Below the pieces are notes generated by a model. It made no database searches. It was not told where the DNA came from and saw nothing but the letters and a program-made list of their open reading frames with translations. This document shows positions 21,849 to 35,500 of a stretch of 64,000 bases of DNA, piece by piece. The first letter of the stretch is position 1. Each line of letters opens with the position of its first letter. Origin of the DNA: Hyphochytrium catenoides (taxonomy: Eukaryota; Protista; Hyphochytriomycota); assembly GCA_900088475.1 (NCBI GenBank), contig FLMG01000885.1, forward strand, positions 8,234-72,233, read 5' to 3'. Made by a program: the position numbers and the translations under genes.

Positions 21849-24800
21849 ATGTTGGAGCTTCTACTTCCTCCGCCATCCGAGGAGATACTTAAAGGCACAG
21901 ATCGGAGTAAGGTGGTTTGCGGGCTAGGGGGTTATCCATATAAGAAGGACATAGAGAGCGCCGGACATGAATATCAGAAGTTCCTCCTAAGAAAGGCAGG
22001 CAAAGGGTGAGACACAACTTGATGCATGGAACTTCTTCTTCCTCTATTCTATTTCTCTTCTTTCTTCTCTCTCCCTTTCTCCCGTGTTAGCCCTACGTTT
22101 CTCTTACTCTTTGCTATGCTCCTAGTGTGCAAGAAAAGGAGGAAGCCGATGCTAGTCTGAGCGACGAAGGAGCAGGAAAGGCTGACGATGAGGTTGTGGT
22201 GGACGAGAAGAAGTTTCTGAAGCTGAATTATTATGAGCAGCTAGGGATAGGGAAGCTTGGCTTTAATGCCTCTGAAAACCAGATTCGTCAAGCATGTAAG
22301 GTCATAAGGGAGAGAAGACAAGAGAGAGGACTGAAGATGGAGAAGAGAAGGAGGAGCGATGAGGGAGAGAGAAGGAAGAAACCCGAGGGAGAAGAAGCAG
22401 AGAGAGAGAGAGAGAGANNNNNNNNNNNNNNNNNNNNNNNNNNNNNNNNNNNNNNNNNNNNNNNNNNNNNNNNNNNNNNNNNNNNNGAGAGAGAGAGAGA
22501 GAGAGACCATGAGCCGTCCAGCTGTGTCGTACCCGTGGCCAAATGGAAGGGGAAGCCAACAGATAAGGGAAGATGATTTATGGGGCCGGAGACTGAGACT
22601 TCCGCACAGATCATAAGGCTCTGATCAAGTATCATCCGGATAAGACTGGGAGAGGGGAGACAGATCCCATCTTTCTTGCTGTGCAGCATGCGTACGCAAC
22701 CTTGGGTGATGCTCAGAAGAGGAGAGCATACGATTCCCAGGTAGCCCGCCTTTGTCCTATTACTCCTCCCTCTCTCTTTAGCTCATTCTGGTACCGTCTT
22801 CTCTCACGCTCCAGAATGTTTTGGAAGTGGGTAACCTCTGCTGCTCTTCATCTCGATCTGGCTCTGCCTTGTCCATTGTCAACTTCTTCCTGTTTCTCTA
22901 CCTCTTAACTTTTGTGTAAGGGAAAGGATACCTCCTTCCCCTGGCTAACGCATCTTGTGGACCTTGTATCTTGTTGCTACCTTAGTGTGACTTTGATGAT
23001 TGGATTCCAACCGGCACCGAGACCATCCGTTTGAGCCCCGAAGAAGAGGGAGAAGATTTTTTCACTCTATATGGCCCTGTTTTCGAAAGGAACGCGCGGT
23101 TCTCTACGCACAAGCCAGTACCGCTGCTTGGTGGCGATGATACTCCTGTAGAAGAGGTGTATAAGTTCTATGACTTCTGGTACAAATTTGGTAAGGGTTT
23201 GACTATTATCTGTCTCTCTTCCTTAGACTGCATCACTATGTGACTCTTCCAATTTCTCAAAACTCTTGCCCTATCCGTTGGCCTTAGGTGGCTGGTCTTA
23301 CTCGTCTGAGTGATTCGAGGGATGACCCTCCCCCCCTCTCCTCTCTTTGCCTTGTAACCTCTTCGGGGCTTCTCGGTCATTTAATCGCTCTCTGTACTTC
23401 GGGCTCTTTATACATCTAGACATAACCGCTCTAACCTCTTCCATTTCGACTGCATGGGGAATCAGAATCTTGGCGCGACTTCTCTCATGATGCAGAGCAT
23501 GATGTCGACAGCGCTGACTATAGAGAGGAGAAAAGGTGGATGCAAAGGCAGAATGAAAACGCGGCAAAGAAAAAGAAGAAGAAAGAATATCAGCGCCTTG
23601 CGCTACTCGTGGATCGTGCGCAGGCCGCTGACCCTAGAATTAAAAGAGCGAAGCAGCAAGAAAAGGAGGCAAAGGAGAGGGCTAAGGTATGTGTCTGCCG
23701 CTTGCCTGTTAGCAGCCTCATGTTCTCTCCTCTTCAGTTGTATTCAGTAGTCTCAAATTTGTATAATCTTATCCATTCTCTTAAGCCTTGCCTCTCTTGC
23801 TTAAGCGTCCCTCATTTGTCTTGGGCTTACTTCTCTTTCCCCTCAAATCAGTTGGAGAAGAAAATAGCCGCGGAAAGGCAGCGAAGGGCAGAAGAGGAGG
23901 CCGAGGAGGCGAAGAAGAGAGCAGCCGCAGAGGAAGAAGAGAGGAAAAGGGCTGAGGCCAGGAGAGCTAAGGAAGAAAGGGAGAAGCTGAAAAGACAGCA
24001 AAGGGCGGCGGCGAGAAAGATCAAGGAGCTCCTCAAGGAAGCGGAGGACCGGGTAGCCAACAAGTCCGCCAGCGAGAAACTGCCAGGAGAAAAGTTGGGA
24101 GACGACCAAGTCGACATGCTTTGTAAAGGACTAGAGGCAGTCCAGCTTGAAGAGTGAGTACACCTGCTCAACAGATCAGAAGGGTGGCGAGAAGAGTGGC
24201 TAAAGCATGCGATGAAAGGCTAAAAGACACCGGAATATGTACATGTTGAGAAATCAGGCTAGAGAATGATGGCAAAAGGGACGGGTGTTAGTGACTCAAC
24301 CTCTGTTGCCTCCGTTCTTCAGGTTGATGCAACCTTTTAATGCCGAGAAGCCTCGTGTCCAAGAAGGGTTAGCTCTAGCGAGAAAGCTTTTGGAGGAGGT
24401 GAGAGAGAGAACGGAGCGGGAACAAGCGCAGGATCAACCTAAGGTCATTACCACGGCAGCCAAAGTGCAGGAGCAAAAGGTGAAATCTTCGTTGGTTTGT
24501 CCACACCCGCATTTTCCTAACTACTTCTGGCTGGTTCTTTTTCGCGTAGGCTGTAGTCGCCCCTTGGACAGAAGAGGAGACCGTGATGCTGACCAAGTGC
24601 ATCGCAAAGTTTCCAGGTGGCACACGGAATCGCTGGCAGCAGATTGCAGATTATATCAACCATCACTTGGGGCTCAGGGAACTCAAAACGTCAGGAAGCT
24701 CCCCTTCTGTCTTGTCTCGTTGCTTGAGATCAATGTGGCTCGCTTAACAATGAGTACTTTTGTTCATTTGCGGACTTTGTGTTCTATGTGTAGGCCACTT

Positions 24801-25819
24801 GGTCTGGTGTTGATCGTTGTCAGCGATTCTCTCGCTCCCCCTTCGTTGGTTCTAAACCTTTTTCTTCTTCCTTTTCAATTATGGACGTCCCTTCCAATGT
24901 TGAATCCCTTCTCTGTGCCCATCAGTAAGGACGATTGCATTGCGAAGGCGCAGGAGCTCCAGCAACAGCAAGCGAGACATGCTTTAGGGTCAGTGCTGAC
25001 AGCCGAATTCTAGACCTCTTTTCACCTATGTCCTAATCGATATGGGGTGCTTTTGGACTTTCTTATGGTTCTAAGTTTCGCTTTCCTCTCTCGTCATGTG
25101 CTCGGTGTTGCCGCTGGATAATTCCCAACTCCCTGATCTCCTCTTTCCATTTTCAGATTCTTGCTCTCCGGGCTTTCCCCAATTTGTCCTTTCGATCTCC
25201 TACAACGTTCTTCTGTTCCCTTCTAGTAAACCATTGACCTTTCAATCCTGCCCACTTACTTTCTTCTTTTCCTTGCACCTGAATTTGCTCCTATATTTGG
25301 GCAGCGCACGAGCTTCATCTGCAGCATCAACTTCGTCAAGGGCCGCCGGGAAAGTGAAAACTGGAGGTCCAGCTAGTGCAGGGCCCAACTTAGCTGCTGG
25401 AGACGGGGCAGGAGATGAAGATAAATGGACGGCAGAGCAGCAGAGCGCCTTGGAAGGGGCATTGAAGAAGTATCCAGCCAGTAAGTGTCTGCTCTACGCA
25501 TTCATCCAGCCTACTGGTAGTGGGCTCTCGCTGTGGTTTGCCCTCCCGCCATCCTCCAGCGTTCCATGTTACTAGATGCCTCACCTACCCCTCACCTGTT
25601 ACCTCTTCTCCCTCAAGCTAGCATGGTTCTAAAGCCCGGAACACTAACTGCTTGCACCCTGTGTCCCGCCCAACTTCCTTCATCTCCTATATAGCACTGG
25701 ATAAGAATGAAAGATGGCGTTTGATCGCCGAGGCGGTGCCAGGAAAAACGAAGAAGCAATGTGTTCAGCGATACAAAGAGCTTCGAGAGGCCGTACTAAA
25801 GCAGCAACAAGCGAAATAG
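21849..25819 (+). CDS. DNAJC2: DNAJC2/MPP11/zuotin-related ribosome-associated J-protein with two C-terminal SANT domains
   Basis: MLELLLPPP...ESAGHEY; J-domain NYYEQLG...IKYHPDK...KRRAYDSQ; zuotin homology FFTLYGPVFERNARFS...FYDFWYKF, SWRDFSHD, RRWMQRQN; SANT1 PWTEEETVMLTKCIAKFPGGTRNRWQQIA; SANT2 WTAEQQSALEGALKKYP...ERWRLIAEAVPGKTKKQCVQRYKE. Confidence 0.95.
22399..22506. repeat. (GA)n microsatellite containing an assembly gap (22418-22486)
   Basis: GA dinucleotide runs on both sides of the Ns, inside a DNAJC2 intron. Confidence 0.9.
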
Positions 25820-26295
25820 GCAACTCATTAAAGGGTAACTAGAGTTGCAGGAGCGGACCAAAGGACCTTGAAGGCTTGTTCCGAAGGGCAATCGAGGAAG
25901 AGTGCTTAGCATACCCATACCCCGAAGGTGGCCACGGATAAGTTGAGCCTTCTATCCCGTTACAATGATCAACTATTTATTTAGGCTTAAGGAATCCGGG
26001 CAGGACGCGGCGATTCTCTGCGCTCCTTCCTTTTAGTCTCAGTAGCTGCGTATGTGCCTCTATACTTCTATCAGTCAGGGCTATCTGACAACGAGAAGGC
26101 TAATAAGAGCTGTAAGCACACCTTCTTCCTCTCTTATCGCCTCAATTTCTCCGTCGGTTACCATGGATTCTTCTGCGTATGGGCATCTTCCTAGCAGTGC
26201 CCAGGCTTTGGCCATTGCCGTGTCTTAAATATGTTCCACCGTCCTCGGTAGCTCTTTGCTGCGTTATCTAACCACCCAGCTATTTCGCTGATCGG

Positions 26296-28766
26296 TCAGT
26301 CTAGGAGTACTATCTCATCCCCATCAGCCATTAGTACATTCTCTCCCGCTTCTGCCTCCTCCCCCTCACTTATTCCTCTTTCTGCTAGTAACCCCAGCAC
26401 AAGAGGGAAATAGGTGGGGTCAGGGTATCCAAACGCAGTGGGTCCGCCATCTGGCCGCGTCTTGTGGAGGATGCCAGTCCAAATAATCTGATTGTACAGC
26501 CCTAGGAAAGGAAGAGATGAGACCTTTGCACAATGCGCATAAGGGAACAATATGTATGTAGGGATGAAGTACCAAAGAGAAGGACATGGCATAAGACCGA
26601 TGACGAAAGAAGGAGGTATGCGTAGGACAAGCGTGCCAGTGCTGGGGGCATCCACCAACATATCAAAAGGTGGTTGTGAATACGCAGACCCACGAAAGAT
26701 CCAGGCGAGGATTGTGTGCGTACGTACCACTTGTCAGTGATCGGCCTACGGAGAACGTCTTTCTTCTTCTGAAGGCTGCTTGGAAAAGCCTGAGGATGCG
26801 CCTTCCTTCCTCGCTATCTGGCAGGAACGCGATACGATAGGTGCCGTCATACCTTTGCCCTGCGTTTGGAAGAAATAGCGTTAGCTCTTTTTTAAGCTGC
26901 TGTCCTTCCCCTTCCCCTCTCCTTTTTTTCCGTTCCGCTAGTCGTCGCTAGTCCTTTTTAGGTTCAAAAGTTGCCTTCACTTCCTGTTGGTCTCCGCACT
27001 ACCTGGATAAGGGTGTTCTGCCGTCTGGATGCCGCTTTTGAACTCATAGACGATAAGAATGACCCCGGCTCCTCGATGCCCGGGCAAAGTGGCCAATGAT
27101 CTGGGCAGGAAGATAGAGCACATTCGCCCGTCGATTGGCTGATTCCCGCACTAAGTAATGGGCCACATTAGGGTTTAAAGTGAAGAGTAAACTGAACTGG
27201 GGCCTACCCGTCCCACGCCAAAGAGCTTCCCACATAACGGACACGCTGTTCTATGTCTCGAGAGCACCATAAGGCACTCCGGATGGAAGTAGTGACCATC
27301 TTCACAATCTCTCAGCCTTGGGACCCATCGAGAGGAAAACACTTAGAAGAGAGACGGAGAGCATCGGAAGTAAGAACGAAAAGGCTGGAACCGAGAGAAA
27401 GAGTCTACAGAGAACGAGGCGACACAACGAGTAGTAACTAGCCTTACTTGTAAGCCAGCCCCTGATCATTAACTGGCGAGTCTTGACAGATGATGCAGAC
27501 TCCAATGGCTTCTTCACTATAATCATCCTCTGAAAGAATGACGGGGACTAGTTCGTTCCTTATCACCTGCTCTCTTTCTTCCTCGCCCTCTTGGGCAAGC
27601 GTCACCTCCTGAACACATCGTTTGATTCTGCGAACTTTCCGCGTGGTGAGGTTGATCTGCTGCTCGCTACTTAGGTTGACGCAGTAGGAGAAGAAAGGAA
27701 GATGAAGAACCACTGCTTCTATCCCAAGGGCTCGAGCTATAGAAGACCAGAAAGAACATCATGAGTGGATGGTAGACAGAGCTAGTGTCCGCCACGTTGA
27801 GAGCAGAAGCGCGTGTGAGAGGGCGACGGAGTTAAGGAATGTCCCCAGCCATGAATGGAGCTGTTGACTCATACCGAGCCAAGTGATCCGCCTTTGAGTT
27901 GTGACGGCCGTCATCCTTTATGAGAATGGTCTCACTGCACTACATCCCGCTTCTTTGTAGATCTCACAGGTTCAGGAACTCCCTCCTTTCTCTTGCTCTC
28001 TCTCTCGTTGTTTTCTCTCCTTGGAATTATCTGATCTCACTTACCATCCTCCAGATTCTTGTTGCTGACCTCGTCGTAGGGTTCCCAGCAGAAGCTACTG
28101 TCGGACTCGAAGACCCAGCAATGGCAAAGGGAGGAGACAGGAAGAGAAGAGACATCGACCTCCCGCCGAACCTTAGAGAGAAAGGAAAAGATGAAAGAAA
28201 GAGCAGGAGAGCGCCGAAAGAAGGTAGTCAGACACGAACTCTTCGAGTGAGACAAGAATAAGAGCCAATAGAAGGAGCGTCCAGCTGACCAAACAAGACC
28301 GCAGACGACTCAGAGCCTTCATCAAGAGGTAGGCTACGAAGGAGACAGATACAGACCTGAGAGGAGGGCGAGGTGGGAGCTAACGGAGAGCTCGGTGGAA
28401 AGAGAGCATGCGAAGGTAAGAGATTAGAAGCGAGTATATGCCGCTCGGTGCTAGCATATAGACTGAGAGCCTAGTGCTCGAGACTCGCTATAGCGTCAAT
28501 AACTTCGAGGCGCTATGTACCTTCCTCACGTATCCCGTCCTCCTGTTTCTCTGCTCCCACGACTGGAAGGAGAAGACATGCGATGGCTCCTGCTCCCGGT
28601 CCTCGTCGTCGTCAGGGGGATGCTGAGCTCCGTCGAGATGGATGAAGAGAGGCACCTCACTCTGACTGCCGCTCTGGAAAGCTGCTTCGAGGCGCTGGGC
28701 ATTGGTAGTATCATAGGGGAACCAAACTCCATCCTCGCCCCAAGCCCAAGTCACAGGCCCAGGCAT
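26296..28766 (-). CDS. Deltex-family E3 ubiquitin ligase: WWE-WWE-RING-H2-DTC, 7 exons
   Basis: WWE1 WAWGEDGVWFPYD...QRNRRTGYVRKVRR; WWE2 WVFESDSSFCWEPYD...QINLTTRKVRRIKR; RING CIIC...CEDGHYFHPEC...CPLC; DTC GNQP.DGRM...LPGH...GIQTAEHPYPG..Y.GTYRIAFLPDSEEGRRIL...FSVGRSLTSG...IIWTGILHKT...FGYPDPTY...LAERGI. Confidence 0.93.
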
Positions 28767-29209
28767 CTTGCTCTCAACGTAATAACTCCCTAGGAAAGGT
28801 CCATCAGACCTGACAACTCCTGCGCCCTTCCCCTTCTTAAGGCCTCTTACCGGCTACTTGCTTGTTCTGTCGGCGCTCAACCACGGCCCACGTTTACCTT
28901 GCGTCGCTTCGGAGCAGTCCTATTCCCTCATGATCCAGCTGCCTCTAATTGCTTCTCGTCCTTCCGTCACAGTGGAAATCTGACAATGAGCAGCCGATGC
29001 CTTCACCTTGCAGAGTCGTACGATGAATGTTAAACGGCAGCACATAGACCTAGAAGCTTCCCCTTTTCCCTTCTCGTGCCAGATGAATGATGTTCATTGC
29101 GCAAGCTCTCTCTTGAGCTGCCTCCTCCTCCTCCTGTATAACTCTCTTTCTTGCTCAGAATTCTGTCTGTCGTTTTCTCAGCGCCCACACTCAGAACTCT
29201 TTCACCCCA

Positions 29210-29347
29210 TGTCTCTGTCTCTCTGTCTCTCTCTCTCTCCCTTTCTCTCTCTCTCTCTTTCACTCTGTGCCTCTCTCTTCCTGTCTCTCTCTCACTGTGT
29301 CTCCCTCTCACTCTTCTCTCTCTGTCTGTCTGTCTGTCTCTCTCTCC
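29210..29347. repeat. Compound (CT)n/(CTGT)n microsatellite
   Basis: gtctctgtctctctgtctctctctctcc...ctgtctgtctgtctgtctctctctcc. Confidence 0.85.
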
Positions 29348-29565
29348 AGGTTGAAGAGAAGGAAAGAGTGTTGGTCACCATCGCCGCTACTCCAGGGGGA
29401 AGCCTGTCAGAGCTCTACTTTCTCTATTGGGAAAGCTCTACAAAATCTTCAGAATTGGGCTTTCTAGGCCCATGAACCCATGAACACGGCTGGAGAAAGC
29501 AGATCGAAGCCTATTATTGATATCTAAAGGCTTACTATAAACCTCAATGAGGGCCAAACCCTCGT

Positions 29566-32500
29566 CTAACTCGAGAAGATAACCCTGTCGCTCTGTTTGG
29601 AGGTTTTCCCTATAGCTCTAGAGATTCTTCCCTGAAGAGGACGGGGACTATTGTGCACTGGATTGGTATCTTCTCCTGCTAATCCCCTTACTTCATCGTA
29701 ATCCTTGGAGTCCTGTGTGTGGAGATAGGGAACGGCTGATTGGCTGTCCGTGACCACAGCTTGAAGGTCAGCAGGTGTGAGTGGAGAAGAGCCAAACGAT
29801 CTTCTCTTCTTCCTCTCTACCCTGTCATCTACATGTCTTCTCCCCGAATAGTCCAGTACATCACGGCCCGAGTGGCCAGTCGTAGCCATGTAAGCCTCAG
29901 CTGCGGTTGAGTCTTCGTCACAACTGAAAGCGAAGCTGCTGCCAGAGTGGAGGTGCTGCAATCAATACGAAAGAGAGAAAATCCTCAGTATGGAGCAAGC
30001 AAAGATTGGTTCAGGAACTGAAGCATTGATCGTCAAGCCTGACAAATTTTGACGTTGTCATGTTGAGCCACAACCAGAAAGGAAGAAATACGGATAAGAA
30101 AAATTCTGCGTTATCCAAGGAATGGTCGCCAAGGATGATGACACCTACCGGGCGGTGGTATCCTCCTTTTCTTTGGGCAGAGACAAACTTGTCCGTTGCA
30201 GTGCCTGCAAGACCAATATCGTCAACCCTTATGATGTCTAACGCTTCCTCCCCTTTGCCTAGAAGACAATGTCAGAAAGGAGAAAAGGTATAAGGGAACT
30301 GAAAGCGAGACAACGGAAGTAAAATGCGGAGTTCTCCTACCACTCAGCCTCTGCTCTGGCTGTCCGCCTCTGGCCGGACCAAGGCCTTCCACCGGGGTCC
30401 CATCACTAAAGCCTCCAAAGCGAATGCCCTGTGGTTCTTTGGTTAGTCTCTGCAGTCTTGCTTCCACTCTACCTGTCCTTCTGTCTACCCCTTTCCTTGA
30501 TTATCTTCCCCTTAGTAGACTTCCCTCGTCTCTGCTTTTCCTCCAAGACACCCGATGTTAATCGTACCTCTTGAAGAATGCGGTTTACTCTCGGCTTCCA
30601 AATAAACTTGTACTGGTTCCAACTCGAGTTATAGCCCAACGAGACGAATGTCACGACAGGTATCAGCAACCAGAAGCTCGGACTTGTCACTGCAGTAACA
30701 AACGATAGGGTCGGTAAGACTAGCATTGACCTAGAAAATAGCTTGGCTTGCCAGAATCAGGGAGTACAAAGAGAGCAAAACTGAGACAGATAACGAAAGG
30801 AGATATCATGGAAATGGCCCGTACCCATCTGTTCAAAGATGCCTAAGTAGTCATAGAAGAGGTTGAGGTTCCAATAGCTTGTAACAGCCAAAGTGAGCGG
30901 GAACCACGCCAAGTTGCCCAGCAGCCAGAGAAGCATTGCTTGCCAGTGATACTCTTGCATGTAGAGGAGGAGCTACGTAGCAAAGGATCGTCAGACGCGA
31001 AAAATGCATAGTCAAATGATGGCGGCCGGTCTGGTACCTTGCAGTTTGCTACCCAGATACAGAGCGTGAAGACCACGGTACCAAGTTCGTACATCGAGGC
31101 ATCGACTCCGGTTGCGTTGCCCGTGTCCTTGTACCCGAAGATAGAGAAGATTAAGACCACGCCTGCTTCATAGGCAGACGCAATGATCCACTTCCAGAAT
31201 TTGCTATTGGTCATGGAAACATCGCCACCAGCGACACATACAGAGAGAGAACAAGAGGTAAAAGAGAGAGAAGGTGAGACAAAGAATAAGGATGCCCGAG
31301 GAGGAGATTGCCTGAGAACCGAGAGATAATGTTTCGCCGCTACAAAGTACCTATCACTTCCCTCCCACATCTATGTCAGCAACGTTTTCTCCTTGACCTT
31401 CCCATTTGCATCCTAACTTACAGCTTATTAAAGTACTCGTCATTTGGTCCCGCAGCGTAGAGCTGCGGGTATGCAAGCGACACCGCGTCAGGAAGATCTT
31501 TGTCGAATACGCCCATCCAAATAACGGGTAAAGCCGTGTATACGACGTTGTAGAGCTGATAGCCCCCTTCATTGTAGAACTTTTGGCCCGAGAAGCCGTT
31601 TGCAAAGCCATAGTAGTACTGGGCCATAGTCTGTCGGACAGAGAAAGAGTCCAAGCGAGTCAGGGAACCAACCAAACATGAGAGTGAAAATATGCGAGGG
31701 GAAAGCTCAATCCGTTAATGTTCGAGTTTGCCGAGAGCGAAGTGTATAAAGAACGGCTGGCATGCAGCGAGTCCGTGGTAAAACGGGAGGTAACAGCATT
31801 CTTCTGTCTTACCATGATTGAGTTCTTGTAGAACATGTAGCAGACTAGAATGGAGATGCGATAGTAGTTATGACGGCCGTGCACCAGAAGAAGCTTGCGA
31901 AGGAAGCGAAACTGCGCGATGGCATAGTCGCTAGAGTTCACGGCCTAAGTCAATCGAGTAAAGAACGGATAAAATCGCGAGAAGAAGGTTAATGACTCCC
32001 TAAGGAGGGAGGCTCTAGGTACTACCCAGGTGAAGGAGAGCAAGGGAACACCACGCCAGCTGCTGTCAAATAGCAGGCACAAAGANNNNNNNNNNNNNNN
32101 NNNNNNNNNNNNNNNNNNNNNNNNNNNNCGAGATAGCGACTGCGAACCTGCATGCCTTCTTGCCCGCTGATGCCTATTCCGATGTGTGCAGCTTGAATCA
32201 TGGCCACATCGTTCGCTCCGTCGCCAATAGCCACCGTGCGGACGTTGTTCAGATTATCCTAGAAGGAGAGAGTTCTCAGTAAGCAATCCTTGTCTCAGGA
32301 TTGTTCACCGTCAATAGTTCTTCTCCCAGATCCTCCTCGGAACTCAGCTTTTGCTCATCATCTCTTGCCTATCTGTCTACAACTTCTGGTCCTTGACGCA
32401 GCCCTTCAATGCCTTACCTTGACAAGACAGACCATCTCAGCCTTTTGCAAAGGAGAGACACGACAGCAGACAACTGCATGGCAGTACCTAGCAAAAGCGA

Positions 32501-35500
32501 GAAGCTCTTGCTGAAGATTCTCTTCCGTGATCTGTGAGGTAACAGCGATAAGCATAGACGAGACTGAAGGGGGCACCAAAATTAGGGAGAAATTGCTAAG
32601 CAAAGGATGATGATGAACTCTGTCGCCAAGCAAGGGAAAAAGAACAGATTGGAGGATTGCGCAAAGCCTGAATACTTACCAGCTCCAGAACTTCTCCGTC
32701 GACAACAAGCGCGAAGGTCGTTCTCTCTGTAGGATCCGGAATCTTTAGCTCTGCTNNNNNNNNNNNNNNNNNNNNNNNNNNNNNNNNNNNNNNNNNNNNN
32801 NNNNNNNNNNAGGCGTCACAGTCGAACAAAAGACATAAGCTACAAAGAGGAAAGCAAGAGCAAAGAGTTGAGGAGGACAGAAGATTTTGCCCAGCGTACC
32901 TCTTCTCTTGTGGTACAATCGCTGCCGCTAATGATAGCTTGCTCCATGTCGTTGTTAATTAGCTATAAGGGCAAGGCAGGAAGTGTGAGACCGCCTGTGA
33001 TAATATACGCACAGATGAAGGAAGAAAGGCAGTATCCCGATGAAGCCAATGGGGCAACAGTAGAGGCAACATGGACTGCATACAACCACAAGAAGAGAGG
33101 CTACACAGTTGCACTCGGCTACCCCTTACCTGGCAAGCGTAGGCAATGTTGATGGCCGTTTCCTGCTTGTCGCCCGTGAGCACCCAAACCTTAATGCCAG
33201 CCCTATAGAACAAGAAGAAATGCGAGAACGAAAGAGTGGGTTGGTACATGGTACTAGGTGAGGCCGCACGTATATGTGCGTCGTGGAACGAGATAAATAA
33301 TCGGCTGACGAGACGAATGGGACTGCATCGTATCTTCTCCTACTTACCTGCCGAGATCATATATTGCCTGTGGCACACCTTCTTGCAGTCTGTCTTCAAT
33401 AGCAGTGGCTCCCATCAACATCAGGTTTTTCTCAACCTCCTCCATCAGGTCATCAATCACATTGGGCTGTACACAGCGAGGAGATTTGAAACCTGATTAG
33501 TCACGCACCGGTGGGCGGAGGACTTGATAAACTATGAGGTAGAAGCCAGCATCGAGGCAGACCTGGTGTCCTACCTGTCCTTCCTTTCTCTTCTCTATCT
33601 CCTTCAAGTTGCTGTTGGCTTCCGCGTATTTCACACTCCACTGCTTGTAAGTCTCCTCGTCCAGCTCTCGGTAGCCGATAACAAGCTGATGGACACACAC
33701 AAGAGCATAACACAACCGTCGGCATAGATAAAGGCGAAGCTTTAGGCAGACCAAAAGAGTGCTGCAAGTCATTCCATTCTTCGCGTTCAGTCGGTACGCA
33801 AATCTCAATAAGGTTCAGAAGGGTGATAACGTGACTTGTGAAGGCGGGGGTTGGACCTGAGCGGTAAATAGTCCAAGCTGCATACTGACATACCGTTCTA
33901 AGCCCATCGAGGGCGAACTGGTCCAGGTGAAGCTTGGTCAGCTGCAGCATTTCAGGGAAATCTTGCTGAGGGTTCAGACGCTGGAACATAACTGTGTCGG
34001 CTCCCTACAATGAAAGCTCGTTGAGTAACGCCCCAAACTCCACTGATGATGCTGTCGCACTCTGTTTCTCGCCCTTACACTATTCTGGCGCGTCGTCTCC
34101 TCTTGCACTATTCTGTGCGTCCGTGTCCTCATCTACTTTTGAGCCGTACCTTGGTTAGTAGATACAGCTTCCCATTGGGATAGCGTGCCACCACGGACAT
34201 GCGCTTCCTGGTCGAGTTGAACTCTAGCACCTCAAGTATTTGGAACTCCTGTACTTTGTCCTGCAGATGCGTCAGCGTGTAAGACCAGGCGGTTCAGACA
34301 AACTCATCTACAGAAAATGACGGAACTCCAGCGAAACCTGACAACTCCTCGTTCATTGAGTCACTCACCTGAATTTTGACTTTAATTCTGCCAACAGACC
34401 GGCCCTGGAATTGGAACCCAAAGAATTTGGCTGCGGCCACCAGAGCTTGTTCATCTGTGTTTAAAATGGTTAAGGGTCAGGAGGCCGTACAGAGGACAAC
34501 AATGGTGCAAGAACGGATAGAGTTACTGGAGAAGCGCACCACAGTCTTGAAGCCTTACCGGGCGAGGAAGCTGAAAGACGTGGCTCAGCTTCTCCTTCCA
34601 CAACTTCCGGGATGACCGTATGGCACACCGCTAGACACGTGAAGAACTACATCAAGGGACAGAGCAAAGGGTCAACATGAGAGGTTTGGCTTGCCTGCGC
34701 TATGCGTCTTGTCAGCAACACTTACCGCTTCCACTTTTTCTGCCTGCGACGATTCACGGCTAGTGTTCAGCACATCCCAAAGCTCAGGACCATCAAAATT
34801 TACATACGGTGCTCGGCCTGGAACAGGCACGCCAAATATGGCCAAGGTGGCGGTGAGATAAGCGAGCTTATGCGCAATAGAGCGTCCAACAAGCGTGTGA
34901 AATCATGATGAGCAGTTCTTCTCCGTCATTAAGCCACAATGTTTCTCCCTATGCTTGTAACTGTTACCTGACTTGTTGTTGCTATCTGGCGGTGGGACCT
35001 CCTTTCCTGCTCTCATGAGAGCTGCGCGACCGATCTCAGTTGTTCCCCGGCCGTAAGACACACCTAAGGAGAAGAGTTAAAAACGTCTACCCGCTTTCGG
35101 CCCCACTTGTACTAAAAGCCCTGTCGCACGTTCGACAACATTTATTCTCCGTCTTCCGCAGACTGCGACATATCACGCCCCTGACGCCTTATTCTTGGCA
35201 GAACCATCATCGCTCTCCACCAAACAAGATAACTGTGTACCTTTACCCCAGATACAAGCCAAGGGCCTAGCTTACCATTAACAGAGCACTTCCTGAACTC
35301 CATGATATTGTCTGTGAGAGTACCGGTCTTGTCGGAAAAGACGTAAGACACTTGGCCAAGCTCTTCATTCAGCACCATTGAGCGGACCTTGGCTGGAGTA
35401 TCGGTTGGCGCGTGGTACATGTCTAGGTCCTACACAGGGTGGAAAGATGAGGATCTGAGTGAAGAAGAGTATGGAAGGTGCAGACAAGAGATCGAGGAGG

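Noticed and set aside
19965-28766. Nudix + Deltex as an ADP-ribose gene cluster
   Set aside because: The Nudix has DIPP/Aps1-type signatures rather than ADP-ribose pyrophosphatase ones, and neighbouring genes are functionally unrelated housekeeping genes.
32670-32685. atacttacc resembling the U1 snRNA 5' end
   Set aside because: It is the reverse complement of a P4-ATPase 5' splice site (G|gtaagtat).
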